Below the pieces are notes generated by a model. The model made no database searches and was not told where the DNA came from. It worked only from the letters and a program-made list of their open reading frames with translations. Both the position numbers and the translations under genes were made by a program. Shown piece by piece: positions 1 to 10,063 of a stretch of 32,768 bases of DNA. The stretch spans positions 1 to 32,768 of the forward strand of contig JBMORE010000028.1 in NCBI GenBank assembly GCA_049322255.1, read 5' to 3'. The stretch comes from Myxococcota bacterium (GTDB lineage: Bacteria > Myxococcota > Myxococcia > Myxococcales > Myxococcaceae). Within the stretch, counting starts at the first letter, position 1. Each line of letters starts with the position of its first letter.

Positions 1-501
1 GCGGGCAGGTTGGTGCACGTGGGGCACGGGGTGGTGCGCTGCGACCCCACTGCGGCGCTGGAGCGGCGGCTTCAGCAGATTTTCGCCGAGCTGTCGGCCG
101 CGATGGCGCTCTTCCGGCCCGACGCGGTGGCGGTGGAGGGGGTCTTCGCCTTCAAGAACGCCCGCAGCGCCCTGGTGCTCGGCCACGCGCGCGGGGTGGC
201 GCTCCTGGTGGCGGCGCAACGGGGCCTAGGAGTGCACGAATACCCGCCGGCACGGGTGAAGAAGTCGATCGGCGCCGGAGGAAACGACTCGAAAGAGGCG
301 GTGTCGCGCATGGTGCACGCCTTGTTGCGGGTGGGCCGGGTCGAGCGGCAGGACGCGATCGATGCGCTGGCGGTGGCGATCTGCCATCTGCACCAGCGGG
401 GCTCCTCCCGCAGCGTTGGGAGCAGGGGAAAGAAGAACGGCTTTGCCGTCCTGGCCGATCGGCTGGCGCCGGCGTACGTGCCCGCGGGAGCGGCGCGATG
501 A
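1..501 (+). CDS. ruvC: Holliday junction endodeoxyribonuclease RuvC (5' end outside window)
   Basis: Frame open from base 1; motifs AVEGVF, LGHARGV, EYPPARVKKSI, DAIDALAVAICH; ATGA overlap with ruvA. Confidence 0.95.
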   Translation, partial: AGRLVHVGHGVVRCDPTAALERRLQQIFAELSAAMALFRPDAVAVEGVFAFKNARSALVLGHARGVALLVAAQRGLGVHEYPPARVKKSIGAGGNDSKEAVSRMVHALLRVGRVERQDAIDALAVAICHLHQRGSSRSVGSRGKKNGFAVLADRLAPAYVPAGAAR

Positions 502-1091
502 TTGCCTCTTTGCGCGGGGTGGTGGCGGAGAAGAACCTCTCCGACGCGGTCATCGAGGTGAACGGGGTCGGCTACCGAGTGAGCTTTTCCTTGCTCTCCT
601 TGGCGCGCCTGCCGGAAGAGGGCCAGACGACGAAGGTGCGGGTGCAGACCGTGATGCGCCAGGATGCGCTCGAGCTCTACGGGTTTCTTTCCCGCGCCGA
701 GGAGGAGATGTTCCTTTTGCTCACCTCGGTGTCGCACGTGGGGCCCAAGCTGGCCCTCACCGTGCTCTCCGGGCTCGAGGTGTCGGAGCTGGCCCAGGCC
801 ATCGCTCGCGGCGAGGTGGCGCGGCTGACCAAAATTCACGGGGTGGGGAAGAAGACCGCCGAGCGGCTGGTGCTCGAGCTCAAAGACAAGGTGAAGGTGG
901 TCTCGCTCGAGCGGCTGCCCTCGGCGCCTGTGGAGAGCGGGGTGCGCGGCGATTTGGTCTCGGCGCTGGTGAACTTGGGCTACAAGCCCGCGCAGGCGGA
1001 GAAGGCAGCCGACGCGGCCACCGAGCGCACCGGGCCGGATGCGCCCTTCGAGCTCGTCTTTCGCGAGGCGCTCAAGGGCCTGCGGACGTAG
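498..1091 (+). CDS. ruvA: Holliday junction branch migration protein RuvA
   Basis: MIASLRG...VNGVGY, LYGF, HhH motifs VSHVGPKLA and IHGVGKKTAERL, C-terminal ALVNLGY. Confidence 0.97.
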   Translation: MIASLRGVVAEKNLSDAVIEVNGVGYRVSFSLLSLARLPEEGQTTKVRVQTVMRQDALELYGFLSRAEEEMFLLLTSVSHVGPKLALTVLSGLEVSELAQAIARGEVARLTKIHGVGKKTAERLVLELKDKVKVVSLERLPSAPVESGVRGDLVSALVNLGYKPAQAEKAADAATERTGPDAPFELVFREALKGLRT

Positions 1092-1207
1092 CGGCGCGCC
1101 AAGCGCAGAAGCTCCTTCGAATCAGGCTCCACGAATTCATCATCGCAGCCCGCCGGCACCTTTCACGCAGGCCGGCTTCGGTTTTTGCTACAACCGCCTG
1201 CTAACGC

Positions 1208-2233
1208 ATGCCCCGCCCGACCGATACGCTCGCCGCCGAGGCCGCGTCGGAGGAAGTTCGCCTCGAGGCCTCGCTGCGCCCCCGCCGCTTCGAGGAGTAT
1301 GTCGGGCAAACCGCGGTGGTGGACAAGCTCAAGGTCTACGTGCGCGCGGCCAAGGAACGCGGCGACCCGCTCGACCACTGCCTCTTCTCCGGGCCTCCCG
1401 GGCTGGGCAAGACCTCGCTCGCGCACATCATCGCCGCCGAGCTGGGGGTGGGCATGCACGTCACCTCCGGCCCCGCGCTGGAGAAAAAGGGCGACCTCGC
1501 CGGGCTGCTCACCAACCTTTCGCCGCGCGACGTGCTTTTCATCGACGAGATTCACCGCCTGCACGCGGCGATCGAGGAGTACCTCTACCCGGCGATGGAG
1601 GACTTTCGGCTCGACGTCACCATCGACACCGGCCCCGCCGCGCGGGCGATGAAGATAGACCTGCCGCCCTTCACCCTCGTCGGCGCCACCACCCGCACCG
1701 GCCTGCTCACCTCCCCCTTGCGCGACCGCTTCCACATTCAAGAGCGGCTTTCGTACTACCCGCCGAAGTTCTTGGAGAAGATCGTCGACCGCTCGGCGGA
1801 CATCCTGGGGGTCACCATCGATCGTTCCGGAGCCGCGGAGATTGCCCGCCGCGCTCGAGGCACCCCGCGCATCGCCAATCGGCTGCTTCGACGGGTGCGA
1901 GACTTCGCCCAGCTGGAGTCGAACGGGCGCATCGACCAGGCGGTGGCCGCGGGCGCCTTACGCAAGCTGGAGATCGACGAGCGCGGGCTCGACCCGATGG
2001 ACCGGAAAATTCTCCTCACCATCGTCGACAGTTTCGGCGGCGGCCCAGTGGGGGTAGAGACCATCGCCGCCGCGGTGGGCGAAGAGCGCGAAACCATCGA
2101 GGACGTGTACGAGCCCTTTCTCCTCCAAGAGGGCCTCTTGCAGCGCACCCCGCGCGGGCGCATGGCGACGTTGGGCACCTACCAGTACCTGGGCCGCAGC
2201 GCGCCCAAGACACCACAGGGGAACCTCTTTTGA
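1208..2233 (+). CDS. ruvB: Holliday junction branch migration helicase RuvB
   Basis: SLRP, Walker A GPPGLGKT, Walker [45 protein letters not shown]. Confidence 0.98.
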   Translation: MPRPTDTLAAEAASEEVRLEASLRPRRFEEYVGQTAVVDKLKVYVRAAKERGDPLDHCLFSGPPGLGKTSLAHIIAAELGVGMHVTSGPALEKKGDLAGLLTNLSPRDVLFIDEIHRLHAAIEEYLYPAMEDFRLDVTIDTGPAARAMKIDLPPFTLVGATTRTGLLTSPLRDRFHIQERLSYYPPKFLEKIVDRSADILGVTIDRSGAAEIARRARGTPRIANRLLRRVRDFAQLESNGRIDQAVAAGALRKLEIDERGLDPMDRKILLTIVDSFGGGPVGVETIAAAVGEERETIEDVYEPFLLQEGLLQRTPRGRMATLGTYQYLGRSAPKTPQGNLF

Positions 2234-3714
2234 GCGCCGCCGCCGCCAGCCCCGAGCGGGTGAGGGCGCGCTTTTCCCGCGACTTCTACTTCGAGCTGAT
2301 GAGGGGGTCGCAGGAGCGGACCGCCAGCTTTTTCATCGAACGCGAGCGCTGGCTGCGCAGCGTGAACGTCGAGGGCCGCGAAGAGCTGCTCTTCGAGCTG
2401 GAGATGCTCCTGCGCGGGGTCGAGCGCTACTTCAACCTTCACAACCTGCCCATCGACACCCATCGCCCGGTGGTGACCCGCGACTTCCACGAGGAGCTGG
2501 TCGACGTGCGCGACGCGATCGACCAGGCGATTCGGCTGGCGCGAGCGCTGCTCGACCCCGATGCTGATCAGAAGATGGTCTTCCGCAAGTACGTGGAGAC
2601 CCAGCTGGCCGACGACCGCGCGCGCCGCCTCTTGGTGGAAGACGCGCTCGACCAAGACAGCCCCCAGGAGAGCCTGTTCGTCCTGCGCCAGGGGTTCGAT
2701 GCGCTGCGCACCATCATCGACCACCTGGTGAAGCTGCCTTTGTGCTCGTTCCCGCTCTACAGCGACGTGGGGAACCTCGTCTTGCGCGACGTGGTGCTCA
2801 ATCGTTACTTCCGCCCTTTTCGCCCCTTGGAGTTTCGCATCGAGTACGACCGCATCAAGTCGGTGCGGGTCCTCGAGGCGTTGGCTGTCCTGCCCGACCT
2901 GGAGCGCCGGCTGTTCACCGTGGCTTTCCTCTCGCTGTTTCGCGCGCTCCACTATCTTTCGTACGCTGGCGCCGAAAAGCCGCCGCTGCCCCGGCGCTCC
3001 CGCGTCATTTTGGCGCTCTCCAAAAGCGAGCTGGTCACTCTGGTCGGCTTTCTCAAGGCGGAGCTGGCCACCAAGGTGCCCCGCAAGCGTCACCAGGGGG
3101 TCGCGCTGAAGGTGGCGCGCGACCTCTCCCGCGAATCGGCGCGTATCGCCCATCGCTTGTCCGAAAAGCCCAAGGAGAACGACGAGGCGCTGCTGGAGGC
3201 GGCCGTCGAGCTCACCGAGCTTTTGCGCAGGCAGCTTTCTCACCTGGCCGGCGCCATCGACGCAGGCCTCGCCGAAGTCGCCTTTACGCACCTGGTGTCC
3301 CACGTACAGATGAGCCAAAGGCTGCGCCAAGACTTGTGGGTCTTCGCCAAGCTGTGCGGGCAGGCGGAAGCCGCCCTTCGTGACGAGGGCACCGCCGAGG
3401 CCGCGCTGAGCGCGCTGCACCAATACCTGGGCTACTTCTACGACGTCAGCTACCAGCTTTTGCGCTACGGCGACTACGAGGCCTTCGACCGCTTCGCCGC
3501 GCTGTTGGCCGAGCTTCCCTACCCGCCGGCCGGCCCCGTCGCCCGTGCTCGTCTGGCGGAAGATTGCCGTATTTTTGCGCAGGTGGCTGAAACCACTTTC
3601 GCCGCCGTCAACCGCCGTGCGGAGCTGGCGGGGCGCAAGCTCAATATCGCGGAAGCGGAGGCCCTGCGGGCGCGGTTCAGTCCCCCCTTGCTCCCAAAGG
3701 CGCGAATGGACTAG
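2230..3714 (+). CDS. Hypothetical all-alpha cytoplasmic protein (~494 aa)
   Basis: 3' part of the 1039..3714 ORF; TTG at 2230 overlaps the ruvB stop (TTGA); natural L/E/R-rich helical composition; alternative ATG at 2299. Confidence 0.8.
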   Translation: MSAAAASPERVRARFSRDFYFELMRGSQERTASFFIERERWLRSVNVEGREELLFELEMLLRGVERYFNLHNLPIDTHRPVVTRDFHEELVDVRDAIDQAIRLARALLDPDADQKMVFRKYVETQLADDRARRLLVEDALDQDSPQESLFVLRQGFDALRTIIDHLVKLPLCSFPLYSDVGNLVLRDVVLNRYFRPFRPLEFRIEYDRIKSVRVLEALAVLPDLERRLFTVAFLSLFRALHYLSYAGAEKPPLPRRSRVILALSKSELVTLVGFLKAELATKVPRKRHQGVALKVARDLSRESARIAHRLSEKPKENDEALLEAAVELTELLRRQLSHLAGAIDAGLAEVAFTHLVSHVQMSQRLRQDLWVFAKLCGQAEAALRDEGTAEAALSALHQYLGYFYDVSYQLLRYGDYEAFDRFAALLAELPYPPAGPVARARLAEDCRIFAQVAETTFAAVNRRAELAGRKLNIAEAEALRARFSPPLLPKARMD

Positions 3715-3920
3715 ACCCCGCCCCAAGGGCAGCAGGGAGGGGTCGACTGTTCACTGGCTCGCGGCAGCGGTGTCGTACCCGGGGGTATTCCCGCTGCGAC
3801 ACGTGTGCTCCTATGACAGAGCGGTCGCGGTTTTCGCCGCTTTCCACCCATCGACTTCAACGAATTCGCAACCTTTGCTTTTGGTAGGGCGGCGGAAAAG
3901 GCGACGCGCTGCCAGGAACG

Positions 3921-3936
3921 TGGCATATCGATTGCT
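3921..3936 (+). promoter_or_regulatory. Sigma54 (-24/-12) promoter upstream of lpxC
   Basis: TGGCATATCGATTGCT matches TGGCACGNNNNTTGCW with exact GG-N10-GC spacing, about 60 bp upstream of the lpxC ATG. Confidence 0.7.
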
Positions 3937-3994
3937 CGACAACGCGCCGCATCACTTTTGACATTTGAACGTCGGCGAGGGGCGACAGCCAAGA

Positions 3995-4933
3995 ATGTCC
4001 AATTCCTCCTTCAACCAACGCACGCTTCAGCAGCCCATCAGCTGCCAAGGGGTGGGGTTGCACTCCGGCGCTCCAGTGACGATGCGGCTGTTGCCGGCGC
4101 CCGCAGACCACGGCGTCGTCTTCGTTCGCGTCGACCTGACCCCTTCTGTTTGCATTCCTGCCAAGGCCGAGAACGTGGTGGACACCGCCTTGGCCACCAC
4201 CTTGGGCAAGGGGAGCGCCCGGGTGGCCACCGTGGAGCACCTGATGGCTGCCCTGTGCGGCCTGGGCATCGACAACGTGCGGGTGGAGCTCGACGGCCCC
4301 GAGGTTCCCATCATGGACGGCAGCGCTGCGCCGTTCGCCTACCTCATTCGCTCCGCCGGCGTTCGGGTACAGAACGAGCCGAAGAGCTTCTTGGTCATCA
4401 AAAAGCCCGTCGCCGTGACCCAAGGGGACAAAGAGGCCACGCTGGCGCCCTCCAACCGTTTCCGTATCGACTGCACCATCGACTTTCAGCACCCGCTCAT
4501 CTGCGACCAGTCGTTCGCGATGGAGTTTTCCGACCGCACCTTCTCCCGGGAGATTTCGCGCGCGCGCACCTTCGGCTTCTTGCGCGACGTGGAGATGCTC
4601 AAGAAGGTCGGGCTGGCCAAGGGCGGCTCGCTGGAGAACGCCATCGTGGTCGACGAGTTCTCCATCTTGAACCCCGACGGCCTGCGCTTTCCCGACGAGT
4701 TCGTGCGCCACAAGGTGCTCGACGCCATGGGGGACATGGCCTTGTTTGGCTGCCCGGTGATTGGTCACCTCAAGGTCTTCAAGACCGGTCACGCGCTCAA
4801 CCACGAGCTGGTGCAGAAAGTGTTGGCCGACCCGTCGAGCCACGTGGTGGTGCGGGCGCGCTCGCGCGACATCGAGCGGCTCGATCTGCGCCTGCCCGAC
4901 CTGATTGGCGGCATCGAGCCGGCGGTCGCTTAA
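3995..4933 (+). CDS. lpxC: UDP-3-O-acyl-N-acetylglucosamine deacetylase LpxC
   Basis: QRTL, GVGLHSG, TVEHLMAAL, EVPIMDGSA, ARTFGF, DEFVRHKVLD, GHALN; ATG 3995 preceded by GAGGGG. Confidence 0.97.
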   Translation: MSNSSFNQRTLQQPISCQGVGLHSGAPVTMRLLPAPADHGVVFVRVDLTPSVCIPAKAENVVDTALATTLGKGSARVATVEHLMAALCGLGIDNVRVELDGPEVPIMDGSAAPFAYLIRSAGVRVQNEPKSFLVIKKPVAVTQGDKEATLAPSNRFRIDCTIDFQHPLICDQSFAMEFSDRTFSREISRARTFGFLRDVEMLKKVGLAKGGSLENAIVVDEFSILNPDGLRFPDEFVRHKVLDAMGDMALFGCPVIGHLKVFKTGHALNHELVQKVLADPSSHVVVRARSRDIERLDLRLPDLIGGIEPAVA

Positions 4934-4981
4934 AGCCCGTATTTGTTTGCGGCGGGTTCGGCGGCCCGATATGCCCCGCCC

Positions 4982-6046
4982 ATGACCAAGCTCCTGCCCG
5001 CTTCGACCCTCGCCGCGCTCGCGGCCTTCTTCCTTGCTTGCGGTTGCGCCAAGGAGGCGAGGACCGGTGCTCCCACGCCCTCCGGCGCAGGTGGCGAGCA
5101 GCCGAAGGACACGGTGGTGGCGACTTGGGGAGAGGGAAAGAAAATCACCCTAGGCGAGCTCGACGAGCACCTGGGTGACGAGCTTGCCCAGCTCGAAGAG
5201 CAGAAGTACCGCCTGCGGCGTCAGGGCATCGACTCCATGGTTTTGAAGAGCCTGGTAGAGGCCGAGGCGAAGAAGGAGGGCCAAAGCGAGGAGGAGTGGA
5301 TCAAGCGCCACGTGGAAGACAAGGTGCCTGCCCCTTCCGAGGCGGAGATTGAGCAGTTCTTCGATGCCAACGTGAAGCCCCGCATGCCCGACGCCAAGCT
5401 GGAGGAGGTGAAGAGCCGCATCGTCGACGTGATGCTCCAGCCCAAGCGCCAGGAAGTCGCGCGCGAGGTGTTCGAAAAGCTGCGCGCCCAAGCCAACGTG
5501 CAGGTGTCGCTCGCCGAGCCGGTCAAGCCGCGCAAGGTGGTGGCGGCCACCGGCCCCTCCCGCGGCCCCGAGAACGCCAAGGTCACCATCGTCGAGTTCT
5601 CCGACTTCCAGTGCCCCTACTGCTCCAAGGCCTCGGCCACGGTGGAGGAGGTGATGCAGGCCTACGCGGGCAAGGTGCGGCTGGTGTTTCGTCACTACCC
5701 CTTGAGCTTCCACAAGGAGGCGCCCAAGGCGGCGGAGGCCTCCCTGTGCGCCCACGAGCAGGGCAAGTTCTGGGAGTACCACGACGTGCTCTTCAAGAAT
5801 CAGCAGAAGCTGGCCGTGCCCGACTTGAAGGAGCACGCCACCGCGGTGGGCCTCGACGCGGCCAAGTTCGGCGAGTGCCTCGACTCGGGCAGGCACGGCA
5901 AGACGGTGCAAGACGACATGGCCGCCGGCTCCAAGGTAGGGGTGAGCGGAACGCCGGCCTTCTTCATCAACGGGGTGATGCTCTCGGGGGCGCTGCCTCT
6001 GGAGGACTTCCGCAAGGTGATCGACCAGGAGCTGGCAGCGAAGTAG
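4982..6046 (+). CDS. DsbA/thioredoxin-domain lipoprotein with SurA-N-like helical N-terminal region
   Basis: Lipoprotein-like signal (FFLACGC); EFSDFQCPYC, FRHYPL, GVSGTPAFFING. Confidence 0.88.
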   Translation: MTKLLPASTLAALAAFFLACGCAKEARTGAPTPSGAGGEQPKDTVVATWGEGKKITLGELDEHLGDELAQLEEQKYRLRRQGIDSMVLKSLVEAEAKKEGQSEEEWIKRHVEDKVPAPSEAEIEQFFDANVKPRMPDAKLEEVKSRIVDVMLQPKRQEVAREVFEKLRAQANVQVSLAEPVKPRKVVAATGPSRGPENAKVTIVEFSDFQCPYCSKASATVEEVMQAYAGKVRLVFRHYPLSFHKEAPKAAEASLCAHEQGKFWEYHDVLFKNQQKLAVPDLKEHATAVGLDAAKFGECLDSGRHGKTVQDDMAAGSKVGVSGTPAFFINGVMLSGALPLEDFRKVIDQELAAK

Positions 6047-6050
6047 TCTT

Positions 6051-7277
6051 TTGCGCCTCGTGGGCAAGCTTCCGCAGGCGATTGTCCAGGCCAACGGCGA
6101 GGAGCTCTCGATCGGGCTGCCCCGCGAAGCCGGCTCGGCGTTCCAGGCGGGTGAGGCGTTGGGGGTGGTCGCGCACGAGGGCGAGGCGCTGCTCTTCCTC
6201 AAGGAGAACGGAGGCCAGGGCTACATCGCCGGCTCGCTCTCGGCGCTCTCGGTGGGTGAAGTGTTCGGGTTGGTGGTCTCGGGCATTCGCACCGGGAAGC
6301 TCTTTCTGGCCAGCGGCGCCGCCCGGCGCACCGTCACCTTCCGCGACGGGCAAATCGCCTTCGCCACCTCTTCCGAAGCGTACGAGCGGCTGGGGCGGTA
6401 CCTGGTGCGCAAGAAGTACATCACTCCTGGACAGCTCGACGCGGCCCTCGACAAGCTGCGCCCCGGGACCAAGCTGGGGCAAGTGCTGACGCATGCGAAG
6501 GTGCTCTCGCCCTCGGCGCTCTATTCCGCCATCGCCGGGCTGGTGAAAGAAATCGTCGTCGGGTTGTTCGAGCTGGAAAGCGGGCACTTCATCTTCTTCG
6601 ACGGGCTGCAGGCGCCCGACGCGGTCAAGCTGCCGGAACGCACCAAAGACATCTTGCTCGAGGGCATGCGCCGTGCCGAGCAGGTGGGTGCCCTTCGCCG
6701 CCGTCTACCTGCCGCGCGTCGGGTGAAGGTGGGCAATGCGGGCGCCTCAGGCGAGCTGGCCGCGCTGGCGCAGCGCGCCGCCCGCGGAGTGGAGCTGGGT
6801 GCCTTGCGCTTAGGGTTCGAGGGTAGCGAGTACGAGTTCCTCGTGACGGTCGACGGCATGCTTTCGGCCAAGGCGCTCGTCGAAGAGGGCCCGGCCGCCC
6901 CTACGCCCGCGCCCAAACCGGTCTCACCAGCTCCCACCGCGGCCCAGCTTTACGCCTCGCTCATTCGCACCATCTGTACGGCGTTGAAGAACGCAGGCAA
7001 CGACCTCGAAGATCTGCGCGAGTTCCTCGCCGAGCCGCTTCCGGGCATGGAAGTCGCCTTGAAGGGCGTGAAGCTCTCCGACGAGGGGGAAATCGACGTG
7101 CAACGCGTGCTGAAGAATGTCGGCGGAGCGGACCAAGCACTGGCGCGCGCGGCGGCCTTCGAGGTGCTCGACGCCTTCGTGTCTTACGCGCTCTTCTCGG
7201 CGAAGAACGTGCTCCCGGCCAAGATGGCCGACGCCCTCGCCGCGGAGTTCCGTGCCATACAGCGGGGCCTGCCTTAA
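6051..7277 (+). CDS. DUF4388-domain protein with MshEN-like helical motif
   Basis: GSLSALSVGEVF...RTGKL...FRDGQI...ERLGRYL...KLGQVL...SGHFIF, typical DUF4388 pattern; TTG start uncertain. Confidence 0.75.
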   Translation: MRLVGKLPQAIVQANGEELSIGLPREAGSAFQAGEALGVVAHEGEALLFLKENGGQGYIAGSLSALSVGEVFGLVVSGIRTGKLFLASGAARRTVTFRDGQIAFATSSEAYERLGRYLVRKKYITPGQLDAALDKLRPGTKLGQVLTHAKVLSPSALYSAIAGLVKEIVVGLFELESGHFIFFDGLQAPDAVKLPERTKDILLEGMRRAEQVGALRRRLPAARRVKVGNAGASGELAALAQRAARGVELGALRLGFEGSEYEFLVTVDGMLSAKALVEEGPAAPTPAPKPVSPAPTAAQLYASLIRTICTALKNAGNDLEDLREFLAEPLPGMEVALKGVKLSDEGEIDVQRVLKNVGGADQALARAAAFEVLDAFVSYALFSAKNVLPAKMADALAAEFRAIQRGLP

Positions 7278-8009
7278 GTGAGTGCGGCTCGGGAGCGCCT
7301 TGCCTTCGCCGCCGATTTGCCGCTGGAGCAAGCGATAGAGGTTTACGCGCGCATCGCGCCGCAGGTGGCCTTTGCCAAGGTCGGCCTCTCTCTCTTCGTC
7401 GAGCACGGCCCGCGCGCGGTGGAGGCCTTCCTCACGCGGGGGGCGAAGGTCTTCCTGGACTTAAAGCTGCACGACATTCCCAACACGGTAGAGCTGGCCG
7501 CATCGCATGCCGGCGCGCTGGGAGCTTCGCTCCTGACGGTGCACGCCAGCGGGGGCGAGGCGATGCTCCAGGCGGCGGTCGCCGGTGCACGTGCGGGAGC
7601 GGCGAAGGCAGGGAAGGCGGCGCCGAAGGTGCTGGCGGTGACCGTCCTCACCTCCCTGTCTGAGGCAGACCTGCGTGCGCAGGCGATTCCCGGGAGCGCC
7701 GCGGAGCACGTCGAGCGCCTGGCAGCGCTTGTCCACCGCGCCGGAGTCGACGGGCTGGTGTGCTCACCGCGCGAGGCAGCTGCGTTGCGAGCGAAGTACG
7801 GCCCCGATTTCTTTCTCTGTACCCCGGGCATTCGTCCAGCCGGCGCGGAAGGGGGAGATCAAGCACGCACCGAAACTCCTGCCGCCGCCATCGCCGCTGG
7901 TGCCGACTTGCTGGTGGTCGGCCGGCCCATCTACGAAGCCCCCAACCCGGCAGTTGCCGCGCGACGAATTGCCCAAGAAGTCGAGCTCGCCCTTCCCGAC
8001 TTCCGCTGA
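7278..8009 (+). CDS. pyrF: Orotidine-5'-phosphate decarboxylase
   Basis: KVG, FLDLKLHDIPNTV, TVHASGG, AVTVLTS, GLVCS, TPGIRP, DQAR, VVGRPI. Confidence 0.97.
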   Translation: MSAARERLAFAADLPLEQAIEVYARIAPQVAFAKVGLSLFVEHGPRAVEAFLTRGAKVFLDLKLHDIPNTVELAASHAGALGASLLTVHASGGEAMLQAAVAGARAGAAKAGKAAPKVLAVTVLTSLSEADLRAQAIPGSAAEHVERLAALVHRAGVDGLVCSPREAAALRAKYGPDFFLCTPGIRPAGAEGGDQARTETPAAAIAAGADLLVVGRPIYEAPNPAVAARRIAQEVELALPDFR

Positions 8010-8025
8010 CACAGGTTGGCGCCAA

Positions 8026-8117
8026 GTGTGCTCAATTCATCAACGATTCACGGTTTGGCGACGCCGTAAGAGGGACACGGTCGGCTGTTCGCTTGATGGT
8101 TGATGTTTTGAGCACAC
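8026..8117. repeat. 19-bp imperfect inverted repeat enclosing 54 bp (hairpin or MITE-like)
   Basis: GTGTGCTCAATTCATCAAC (8026-8044) vs GTTGATGTTTTGAGCACAC (8099-8117); 17/19 complementary. Confidence 0.7.
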
Positions 8118-8324
8118 ACCCCTCTTTGCGCGACGAGCCAAAGCACCCGTTGCGTGCCGCCCTGCTCAGGCGGGCTGGCTGCTCCCTCGGAGGTGAGGTG
8201 GCCTCGGTCTGGTCGCCGCTTCTGACGGTATTGTTCAGTCCGGCGAGCTTTCCCGTCGGTTGGCTTCCGCGGCCGTTCGCCCGTGTCCAGCTTGGTTCAA
8301 CGGGCGCGGACGCGGGAGGGTGAC

Positions 8325-8885
8325 ATGGCATGGCGGAGCGGGGTGGTGGGGGCGGTGGTTCTCTCGGCGGCTTGTGCGTCGACGCAGGCCACTCAAATGG
8401 TGAACGCGGTACCGGCCGAGCCCGAGCCACCGGAGCAGGTCGGGGGGCGCACCTATGTGAACCAAGAGTTTGGCTTCGAGCTCACCCCGCCGGCAGGCAA
8501 CTGGCAGCTCGACGCCAACCATGAGGTGAGCTCCGAGGGAGTGGCGGTGCCGGTCGTCTTGCGGAACGTGGACACAGGTACCCAGGTGGTGTTGCAGGTC
8601 GCTCCCAAGGTGGCTTCGCCGATGCATTTTGCCGACCGCCTCAACACCGGCCTTCGTCGGCAGCCGGGCTTCTTCGCCTCGGACACCGAGATGCTCGACA
8701 CCCCCAAGAACGCCGTGGGCTTTCATTTCGAAATGGGGGAGGCGGTGCAGGGCAAGGTGGCGGTCTTCGAGGCGGGGAAGGGGCGGATTTTCATGATGCT
8801 CGCTACCTGGCCCAAGGCGATGGGCGAAAAGGCGAGCGGGGTGGAGCAGATTCTCACCAGCGTGAGGTCGCTGCCTCGAGGGTAA
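8325..8885 (+). CDS. Hypothetical lipoprotein (possibly PsbP/DcrB-like fold)
   Basis: GGAGG then ATG 8325; signal MAWRSGVVGAVVLSAAC; YVNQEFGFELTPP.GNW motif. Confidence 0.8.
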   Translation: MAWRSGVVGAVVLSAACASTQATQMVNAVPAEPEPPEQVGGRTYVNQEFGFELTPPAGNWQLDANHEVSSEGVAVPVVLRNVDTGTQVVLQVAPKVASPMHFADRLNTGLRRQPGFFASDTEMLDTPKNAVGFHFEMGEAVQGKVAVFEAGKGRIFMMLATWPKAMGEKASGVEQILTSVRSLPRG

Positions 8886-8927
8886 TGCCCGGGAACCCGT
8901 GGAGAGCGCCGGGTGTCCGAACGGCGC

Positions 8928-10061
8928 ATGAAATGGGCGCTCGTGGCGGGTGGAACGTGCCTCTTGGTGAGCCTGGTCTTGTCGTCGGCGTTGGCGCTCC
9001 TTCCGCTCGAGGTGACTTCTTGGGCGCCGCCTGAACCCGTCGTTCCCTCCGGTGACGAACGAGAGCGCCTGCAACCCCTGCCCACTCCGCCTCGAAGCGC
9101 CTGGACGCCCCCGGTCGAGACCATGCCTTCGGTGGAGGAGGAAATCGACGTCGAGCCGGAAGAGGAGGAGTCTTTCGCAACGGTGGTGAGCGGCCGGGTG
9201 CTCGCCCCTTCGGAATCCCTGCCCGAAGGCGCCACGGTGTTCGTCTACATCGTGGGGCTCGAAGGCGACTCGCCAGCGGTGTCGCAGACCGAAACCGACG
9301 AGGAGGGTGTCTTCGAGCTGACGCTTCCTGCGGGCGACTACCGGCTGGTGGCGCGCGCGTCAGGGTTTCTCTCCACGGCCGAGGAAATTTCTCTTCTGGA
9401 CGGTGAAACCGTCGAAGGCCTGACGTTGAAGCTCGAACCCGGCCGCTCGGTACGCGGGAAGGTCCTCGCAGAAGGCGTCGAGGTGCAGGACGCCTTGGAG
9501 CATGTTCTCGTCGTTGTCGAGGGCGGGGGATACCGCCTCACCGGCTACACCGACGAATACGGCCGCTTCGAGGTGAGCGGGCTTCCCTCAGAGGTTTTCC
9601 AGGTGCGTGCCTACGACAAAGATCTGGGGGCGGATGAACGCACCGTGGCATCTGGAGGAGAAGTCACCTTGATGCTCGGGCGTCGCGAGGTGGTGCGAGG
9701 GTCAGTGTATGACGCCAGCGGCCGTCCCGCCGCCGAGGCGCCGGTGTACGGTTTGGAGCGCTCGTTCTTCGACACGCTTGCCGACGCGGATCCCTTCGGT
9801 GAGCTCGAGGGTTCCTCGATGAGCATGGGAGTCTCTGAATGCAGCCCCTCGCCCGAGTGCTACGAGCTGGCGCGCACCGACGCGCATGGCTTCTTCGAGC
9901 TCGAAGCGGCCAAAGGAGAGACGCTCACGTTGGTTTCAGAGCGCCAAGGGCAGCGCAGCGAGGAAGTCACCGCACGAGCGGGCGACCGCTTCGTCATGCT
10001 GTCGTTGGCGTTGCCGGCGCCGCTCCAGAAGCGCCATAAGCGCATCGTGGTGGTGCGTTAA
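8928..10061 (+). CDS. Membrane-anchored protein with carboxypeptidase-regulatory-like (transthyretin-like) repeats
   Basis: N-terminal hydrophobic segment, Pro/Glu linker, repeats SGRV...TDEEGVFEL, RGKV...TDEYGRFEV, RGSV...TDAHGFFEL; start could be 8913. Confidence 0.75.
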   Translation: MKWALVAGGTCLLVSLVLSSALALLPLEVTSWAPPEPVVPSGDERERLQPLPTPPRSAWTPPVETMPSVEEEIDVEPEEEESFATVVSGRVLAPSESLPEGATVFVYIVGLEGDSPAVSQTETDEEGVFELTLPAGDYRLVARASGFLSTAEEISLLDGETVEGLTLKLEPGRSVRGKVLAEGVEVQDALEHVLVVVEGGGYRLTGYTDEYGRFEVSGLPSEVFQVRAYDKDLGADERTVASGGEVTLMLGRREVVRGSVYDASGRPAAEAPVYGLERSFFDTLADADPFGELEGSSMSMGVSECSPSPECYELARTDAHGFFELEAAKGETLTLVSERQGQRSEEVTARAGDRFVMLSLALPAPLQKRHKRIVVVR

Positions 10062-10063
10062 AA

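Noticed and set aside
1039..2229. N-terminal half of the 891-aa ORF overlapping ruvA/ruvB
   Set aside because: Arg/Pro-rich off-frame shadow of ruvB in high-GC DNA; the real gene starts near 2230
8223..8239. CTGACGGTATTGTTCAG as a second LexA box
   Set aside because: Only the GTTCAG half matches; spacing is off by one and no SOS gene is adjacent
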